Source of the DNA: an uncultured bacterium
Lineage (GTDB): Bacteria; Oederibacteriota; Oederibacteriia; Oederibacteriales; Oederibacteriaceae
Length of the DNA stretch: 64,000 nt
Assembly (NCBI GenBank): GCA_965112635.1
Contig: OZ218778.1
Coordinates: 2,720,001-2,784,000 of the forward strand
Direction: 5' to 3'
The position numbers and the translations under genes were made by a program. Shown here in pieces: positions 57,881 to 64,000 of the stretch (its first letter is position 1; each line of letters opens with the position of its first letter). The notes under the pieces are model-generated. The model worked only from the letters and a program-made list of their open reading frames with translations. It did not search any database and was not told where the DNA came from.

Positions 57881-58222
57881 CTATTTGTTCCCTGTTAGGT
57901 TTTTCTTCAATTGCTTTTGCTGGCGCCGGAGTTGCCTGGCAGCGGCTTTCAGTTTCATGTGGTCGCTGGTCAGCTGTCCCCAGTCTTTCTTGAGCTGGGC
58001 CCTGTCCGCCTCCACCGCGGCCTTGTTGCCGCTGGCGATGTCGGCTTTCATTTTTTCCCTGTCAGCATTGAGAGCAGCCTGGTCGGCCTTGACCGCGTTG
58101 TGGTCTGCTTCTACCATCGCTTTGGTGACCGGGGTCACGCTGGAGGTCTGGGCCGGCAATACGGAAGCACCGCAAAATGTAAAAACTAAAATAACGAGCA
58201 AGAAAATTTTAATAAAATCCAT
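57881..58222 (-). CDS. Small secreted coiled-coil protein
   Basis: Signal peptide; heptad AD repeats; ATG after GGAGG. Confidence 0.75.
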   Translation of the reverse strand: MDFIKIFLLVILVFTFCGASVLPAQTSSVTPVTKAMVEADHNAVKADQAALNADREKMKADIASGNKAAVEADRAQLKKDWGQLTSDHMKLKAAARQLRRQQKQLKKNLTGNK

Positions 58223-58318
58223 ATCTTCCACCTCCATCCAGATGCTCTGCCTTACCAGGGCTCATATTTCATTAACAATCCAGCTGCTCATTAAATTTCG
58301 AAAAACTCATAGAATTCC

Positions 58319-59869
58319 CTACTCTTTCCGCATATTTCCATCCCAGGCCGTAAATTTATTGCGGGCTATCTGGCGCCGGGCTTGTGAAATATACACCTTT
58401 TTCTCGATTTTCTCCGGGTTCCACTGGGCCAACAGGGCCTTTTTCAGGCGTTGGGACGGCCCCTTGTAGCCCGGTTTAGCGTAAAGGTCCTTTAACTCGT
58501 CCGGGTCTTTGGCGAGGTCGTAGAGCCGGCATTCTGCCGTGTGGTTATAAACCAGTTTAAAACGCTTGTCCCGGATAAACGCCCGCGGATGGTTCCAGCC
58601 TTCGCCGTTACATTCGCCAAACACCAGCCCTTTCCCGAATTTGTCTTTTCGCTCCCATTTGCCCTTTCCCTCCAGGGCCGGCAAAAGGGACGAGCCGGAC
58701 AAAGGCAGGTGGGGCGGCAGTTCCACGCCGGCGATGTCCACAAGCGTGGGAAAAAGGTCGATCAAGGAGGCCGGCTGGGCCACCCTTTTGCCAGAGGGAT
58801 AATGACCGGGCCAGCTGATGACCAGGGGCACCTTGACCGAGCTTTCCAGCATCACCACTTTGAACCATAACCCGTGCTCGCCGGCCATCTCGCCGTGGTC
58901 GGACACATAAATGACGACCGTGTTGGGGTCATCCTTCACGACATCAATGAGCTTGCCGGTTATTTCGTCCATCTCCGTGATCATGGCAAAATAAGTTTCC
59001 CTGCACCTGAGAATGGCTTCCTTGGGCAGGTCCACCAGGTTGCCGTTATATCGCTGAATATATTTGTCGCAGGTGTCCAGGCCCAGGCCTTTGGTGTTGA
59101 CCGGCAAATCAGCCTTACCCTTGTAGGTTTCTAAAATATCTTTCCTGGCCTTCCAGGGTGGATGGGGCAAATTGATGCTCGCGCATATGGCCCAGGGTTG
59201 CCCGGCCGGTTCCTTTTTCTTTTCCTTCAAAATTTTTAGAGTTTTTTCCAGGACCTCGTAATCGCGCCGCGTGGCCGGCATCCGCTCCGGCTTGTCCGCC
59301 CCGGCTTCCATGATCGCGTCCCAGTCGCTTTTGCCTCCTCCGCTCCTGTAATCGTCGCTGCTGTAGGGCAGAGGCTTGGTCCAGTCGTGGCTGACGCGGA
59401 TGCCGTAGGAAAAGAACTCCTCGCCGCTGGACCCTTCGCCGATGGGCCTCTGGTCAAACCCGTAATATTTTTGGTAGCCGTTGAAATGCATCTTACCGAC
59501 GAGGGTCGTCTCATAACCGGCCAGGGAAAGGATATGCGCCCAGGTCACCGTGTCCTCGGGCATGGCGCAGGAATTGTCCCACACCCCTATTTCGTGGCAG
59601 TACAGCCCGGACATAAAGGACTGCCGGCTGGGCGAGCACAAAGGATAGGGACAGTAGGTGTTTTCAAAGACCACGCCTGTCCGGGCCAAACGGTCCAGAT
59701 TGGGCGTGCGGACTACAGGGTGCCCGCTAAACCCCGCGTAACCCGCGTTGTGCTCGTCCGAATTTATAATAAGGATATTGGGAGGCCTTTTGCTGGTCTT
59801 CCTGGGCAAACGCTCATACCCCAGCGCATCCCCGTAATATCTCTTATATTTCGAAAAATCCGTCGCCAC
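58319..59869 (-). CDS. Sulfatase (choline-sulfatase-like, Cys-type)
   Basis: PNILII.SDEH, CSPSR, GKMH, SDHGEMAGEHGLW.K. Confidence 0.95.
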   Translation of the reverse strand: MATDFSKYKRYYGDALGYERLPRKTSKRPPNILIINSDEHNAGYAGFSGHPVVRTPNLDRLARTGVVFENTYCPYPLCSPSRQSFMSGLYCHEIGVWDNSCAMPEDTVTWAHILSLAGYETTLVGKMHFNGYQKYYGFDQRPIGEGSSGEEFFSYGIRVSHDWTKPLPYSSDDYRSGGGKSDWDAIMEAGADKPERMPATRRDYEVLEKTLKILKEKKKEPAGQPWAICASINLPHPPWKARKDILETYKGKADLPVNTKGLGLDTCDKYIQRYNGNLVDLPKEAILRCRETYFAMITEMDEITGKLIDVVKDDPNTVVIYVSDHGEMAGEHGLWFKVVMLESSVKVPLVISWPGHYPSGKRVAQPASLIDLFPTLVDIAGVELPPHLPLSGSSLLPALEGKGKWERKDKFGKGLVFGECNGEGWNHPRAFIRDKRFKLVYNHTAECRLYDLAKDPDELKDLYAKPGYKGPSQRLKKALLAQWNPEKIEKKVYISQARRQIARNKFTAWDGNMRKE

Positions 59870-59870
59870 C

Positions 59871-62021
59871 CTAACCTCCTACTCTGTTATACATGACCAA
59901 CTGACTGGTCATGGGGCTTTCCAGGCGGATAGCTAGGCCGGTCATGGCTAGTTCCTTGCCGCTGGTCCTGAACTTCTCCTGCTGGTTGTCCATGGCCACC
60001 TCGTAGGTGGCTCCCAGCTCAACGCCCCGCAGCCTCAAAAGGTACTCGTCCGCACCGCTCCCCACCTTGAACACTCCGGCGTACCCGGCCTTTTTATCCG
60101 GCATGGTGTATTCCAGCACGCACCACTCCGCCGGGCTGTACAGGCCGATGTCAGGGGTATGGTGATAAACAACCGGCTTGGCGGCCATGATGGGCCAGCA
60201 GAATTTTTTACCCATCTGGATATACCGCCTGGTTTTCTCGAAATAAGCCGTGCTCCGGTCAGCGTCCTGCCCTCCGAAACCAACAAAAACAGGCTTGGCA
60301 AAAAGCGTGACCCGCAAATGGGTGTCCAGGTCCGTCTTTTGGTGCGCCACCGGCATGTGGTTATGGTAGTAGCACAGGGCTTCGGGCGGCAAAAACCGCG
60401 TCAGGCCGTTGATGGCCCGGATGCTGCGCGGGAACATGGAAAAGTCCGACTCGCAGGCATAGTGGAACCGCGACATCATACCCAGGTCGTCGCGTCCGCC
60501 CCCGCTGGCGCAGCATTCCAGCGCCACCTGGGGCATTTCCCGGCGCACCTGGTCAAAGACGCTGTAGAGCGTCTCGTAATGCCTCCACCCTTCGCTCTCG
60601 CGGAACCCCAGGCGCTGCCTCTGCCCGCCCTCCTCGACACGCTCGTTGTAGTCGATCTTGAAAAAGTCCAGTTGGTGCTCTTTGATGACCCGGACCACCT
60701 CTTGCCTGAAGAACGCCGCGGCCTGGGGATGGCTCAGGTCCAGCACCTTCCTAATCTCCCGGTTATCGTCCGTGCGGAGCATCCATTCCGGATGTTCCCG
60801 GTTGAGCTTGCTCTTGACTCCGACCGTTTCCGGCTCCATCCACAGCCCAAAAAGAAGGCCCTTTTTGTGGCACAGGTCCCGGCAGGTTTTGAGGCCGCCA
60901 GGCAGCCAGCTCCCCACCTGCCAGTCGCCCCTATTCTCCGGCCAGCCTGCAAAATCATCCCCATACCAGCCCGCGTCCACCATGAAAGACTGCACGCCCA
61001 TTTCAGCCGCTATCTCTATCTCCCGGTGTATCCAGGTCCCGGGCTGTTCCACCACCCGGCCCGCCACGCTGAAGACCTCTTTGCCCCGCGGAGCCTGCGG
61101 GATGACCGAGGCCCGCAAATGTCCGTGCCAGGCTCCCACCATCTCATCCTCCCCGCCATGCAGGAGGCCCAGATGCGTTTCCGGCGTCTGGATGGTCTCG
61201 CCCGGCTCGATCACCCTCTGCGGCCCCGGAGCATGCGGCCCCATGCGGAAGGCCAGGTTCAGTCCCCTGGCCGGCTGGTTGGCCAGGTCGCGAAAGGGGT
61301 CGTTCCAAAATTCGGCGTACCAGTTGCCTGACCAGGCCAAAGACATCATGGCCGTCTCGCCGTTGGCCTGGTTGCGTACTACAAAAAACGGGTTGCCAAA
61401 TCCGCTCTGGCCAAAAGTGCTCTCCACCCGGCGCCAGCCTACAGGCAATTTTTCCCATTGAAAATTGCCTTCCGAGCCCTGGCACAGACCATTGAACCAC
61501 CCTAAAGAAAAGTTCCCTTCTTGAGCGGGAGCCATTTCACCCCAGTGTTCGCCCTGGTTCCAGGTCCACAACAGGCCTGACCAGGGGCTGACCCGGGAAA
61601 GGGCCGCGGGCCGGCCTCCCGTATTGGTGATGGCCAGGTAACGGCATAAAAAGGGCGTGCCATCCAGCCTAGTGATGACCTTGACCGTCAGCGGCCGCAG
61701 GGTATGGCGCAGTTCCACCACGGCTTCTATAGTATTAGGGCGTGCTCCCTCGCGCTGGCTTGTGGACACCATTTCCCAGCCGTTACGCAGGTCCTGGCCG
61801 TCTATTTCCAGGTCAAAAGCATGATAGGGCAGGACAATGGTATCTTCTTTGGGCAGGCTGGCCGCGAGGTTCTCCCTTTGCACCTGTCCGCTGGCCGACC
61901 AGTAAAGCCCTATCCAGCGGCCGTGGTGGAGCGCTTCCTCGTAAACAAGGGTGCCGGAAACATAACGGCTGGCTTTCCGCGCTCCCTGGTCATAAAAACA
62001 AACTTCCATTCCTTTGCTCAT
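59871..62021 (-). CDS. GH36 alpha-galactosidase-like protein
   Basis: VDAGW, GDW, FGLWMEPE, HPEW, KIDYN, ECCASGGGR.D. Confidence 0.93.
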   Translation of the reverse strand: MSKGMEVCFYDQGARKASRYVSGTLVYEEALHHGRWIGLYWSASGQVQRENLAASLPKEDTIVLPYHAFDLEIDGQDLRNGWEMVSTSQREGARPNTIEAVVELRHTLRPLTVKVITRLDGTPFLCRYLAITNTGGRPAALSRVSPWSGLLWTWNQGEHWGEMAPAQEGNFSLGWFNGLCQGSEGNFQWEKLPVGWRRVESTFGQSGFGNPFFVVRNQANGETAMMSLAWSGNWYAEFWNDPFRDLANQPARGLNLAFRMGPHAPGPQRVIEPGETIQTPETHLGLLHGGEDEMVGAWHGHLRASVIPQAPRGKEVFSVAGRVVEQPGTWIHREIEIAAEMGVQSFMVDAGWYGDDFAGWPENRGDWQVGSWLPGGLKTCRDLCHKKGLLFGLWMEPETVGVKSKLNREHPEWMLRTDDNREIRKVLDLSHPQAAAFFRQEVVRVIKEHQLDFFKIDYNERVEEGGQRQRLGFRESEGWRHYETLYSVFDQVRREMPQVALECCASGGGRDDLGMMSRFHYACESDFSMFPRSIRAINGLTRFLPPEALCYYHNHMPVAHQKTDLDTHLRVTLFAKPVFVGFGGQDADRSTAYFEKTRRYIQMGKKFCWPIMAAKPVVYHHTPDIGLYSPAEWCVLEYTMPDKKAGYAGVFKVGSGADEYLLRLRGVELGATYEVAMDNQQEKFRTSGKELAMTGLAIRLESPMTSQLVMYNRVGG

Positions 62022-62066
62022 CCCATCCTCCTTGGCCGATAAAGCCTCTGCCCTTCCTTAGTAAGG

Positions 62067-62098
62067 AAAAAAAGGGCGGTTTTTAGGCCGCCCCTTTT
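62067..62098 (-). terminator. Rho-independent terminator (bidirectional)
   Basis: AAAAAAAGGGCGGT...GCCGCCCCTTTT. Confidence 0.75.
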
Positions 62099-62132
62099 CT
62101 CTTTTCTTGTTTGTTTTTAACCTTGTCTGTCC

Positions 62133-63058
62133 TTACTGCCCCAATTGGTACACCAGGCTGATCTGTTGTGAAGACCCCAGGTCTCCATAGGGTAAAAATG
62201 CGTAGTCCAGCACCCACTTTTGCATCGTGAGCCCGAGCCCAAAACTAAGCCCATTGAGCCCTCCCTGCTGCTGGTCCGTAAAATTGGCCACATAACCGAT
62301 CCTTCCGGCTATCAGGGAATTATAACTGTCCTCCACGCCGAACTCCGCTTTGCCGTCCCCGCTGGACTCAAAATCCAGGGCCCCGGCGAACAGCATATTG
62401 TTTTTATCCCCGGCCGTAGTGTTATAGGAACCTCCGACCTGGGCTCCCGACGCCCGGTTGCTGCCGCCCACCTGGGTGCCGAGGTTGGTATAGGCCAGGC
62501 CCAGCCTCACGCCTTGGGCCGCCTTCCAGATGACCCCGAGGTCCGCTCCCAGGGAGTTGTAGTTCTGATCGGACAGGGTCTGCATAGTATCCTTGAGGGT
62601 CAGTCCCGCGTTCCATCCTTTGGCGACCTCCAGCCCCCAGCCCGCACCTATTTCTATATCTGAGGCGTTAAAACTGCCTGTTAACAATCCCGTGCTGTCC
62701 CGCTGGTCAAAGGAACCGAAGTTGACATAACCCAGGTAAGCTGCCATGCCTCCCATATTTTTGACCGGCATGCCGAAAACCACGGTATCTTTCATGGTGC
62801 TGGCTATCCACGAATTATGATGCACCGCCGCCTCCATGCCCGTAAGGCCGGCCAGGCCCGCCGGGTTCCACAAGATGGCGGAGGAATCATCAGCCACGCT
62901 CACGAACGCCGAACCCAGAGCCCCGGCTCTGGCACCGCCGCCGCTATTTTCCATGCCCAGGGCCGAGCCTGCCGCAGAAAGAGGGTTCTCGGTAGCGGCA
63001 TGCGAAAAACTCACTGCCATCAAGATCACTGCGGCCGCGAGGATTATTGTTTTTTCAT
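62133..63058 (-). CDS. PorV/PorQ (UPF0164) family beta-barrel; frameshift in A-tract after the start codon
   Basis: GARAGALGSAF..VADD.SA..WNPAGL, DLG, DYAF.PYGDLG; ATG 63058 after GGAGGAGG gives a full signal peptide MKKTIILAAAVILMAVSFSHA only if A6 is A7. Confidence 0.88.
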
Positions 63059-63070
63059 TTTTTCCTCCTC

Positions 63071-64000
63071 CTACTTGATCACTACGAATTTTTTGGTGGA
63101 TTGGGTCTCCGAACTGCCGTCGCTGTAGCTGATCCGGACGATGTAGAAATACACGCCCGGCGCAAAGCTTTTGATGGAGAACTGCACGCTGTTGGTGCCG
63201 GCCGCGCCGGTCCCGTTCAGGGTGTCCACCAGCCTGCCGCCTTCGTTATACACCAGAACCTTGATCGTGCCCGGCCCTTTCAGGGCCACGGCCACGCCGG
63301 CCGTATCGCCCCTGGCGGGCTGGGGATAGACATAGGAGCTCCCGCTGGGCGCGGTTACGACGGGGTTGGGCGTGGGCTGGACGATAAGAAAGCCCAGCAC
63401 ACGGTTGTTATTTTCATCAGCCACATAAACATTGTTCCCTGCCGCGCAAACACCATATGGAAAATACAGGTTGTTAGGGCCGGTATCTACATTGTCGTTG
63501 GGCTTTCTCGTGGTGAAATCAGGATGGCCCAAGACCAGGTCTGCCGAGGCCCCGCTGCTCGTGGGGATGGTGTTGAAGACAAGCACGCGGGAATTGCCGT
63601 TGTCAGAGACGAAAAGCTGTCCGTTGCTTGCCCAAACTCTGACAGGGCAGTTCATGGTGCTGGCGCTGTATCCCGTACTGCCTGAGTTCAAATTGGCCTG
63701 GCCGATCACCATATCGGCCGGCCTGGCGTAGCTCCCGTTGCCCGGGAAAGAATTGAATACCAGCACCCGATTATTATAGAAATCCGCCACAAAGATCCTG
63801 GTCCCGTCGCTCCAGACCCCGTGCGGATTGTTCATGGTCGTTGCGCTGCATCCGGTTCCAAAGTTGGTGCCGTTCGTTTGTCCTAGGATAGCGTCCGCGG
63901 CAGCTCCGTCGCTCGCGGGAAAACTGTTGTAGACCAGGACCCGGTTATTGTAGTCGTCGGCGATCAAGACACGCGTGCCGTCGCTCCACACTTCCGCCGG
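63071..64000 (-). CDS. NHL-repeat protein with T9SS-like C-terminal domain (5' truncated by window edge)
   Basis: Repeated P.GV.SDG.R..VAD..NNRVLVFN..P....AD..LGQ; C-terminal YPQP...VYNEGGRLV...PGVYFY...KFVVIK. Confidence 0.9.
   Translation of the reverse strand, partial: PAEVWSDGTRVLIADDYNNRVLVYNSFPASDGAAADAILGQTNGTNFGTGCSATTMNNPHGVWSDGTRIFVADFYNNRVLVFNSFPGNGSYARPADMVIGQANLNSGSTGYSASTMNCPVRVWASNGQLFVSDNGNSRVLVFNTIPTSSGASADLVLGHPDFTTRKPNDNVDTGPNNLYFPYGVCAAGNNVYVADENNNRVLGFLIVQPTPNPVVTAPSGSSYVYPQPARGDTAGVAVALKGPGTIKVLVYNEGGRLVDTLNGTGAAGTNSVQFSIKSFAPGVYFYIVRISYSDGSSETQSTKKFVVIK

Overview
Bacterial chromosome segment from a diderm, polysaccharide-degrading organism. Secreted proteins with Thr/Ser stalks and T9SS-like C-terminal domains plus a PorV-like barrel suggest a candidate phylum such as FCPU426/Goldbacteria; this assignment is inference. 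The housekeeping block is rpsF-ssb-rpsR-DUF2232-rplI-dnaB-alr-mlaEFD-radA-PIN/TRAM-ispD-typA, with nadE and mutS nearby. Carbohydrate genes include two beta-helix paralogs, an acetylesterase, two GH5-like enzymes, GH35, GH36, GH57 and a sulfatase. There is also a caspase/LPP20/DUF4384/TPR-barrel envelope operon and an AT-rich island ending at an IR-flanked Y1 (RAYT-like) transposase. The most notable unannotated signals are three. (1) Two copies of a divergent c-di-GMP-I (GEMM-I)-like RNA motif each cover the start codon of a secreted-protein gene. (2) A twice-present non-coding palindromic element carries an identical 25-nt mini-insert in opposite terminal hairpins. (3) Three clear, and one possible, single-base homopolymer frameshifts could be phase variation but more likely are sequencing error. 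No rRNA, tRNA or CRISPR array was seen.
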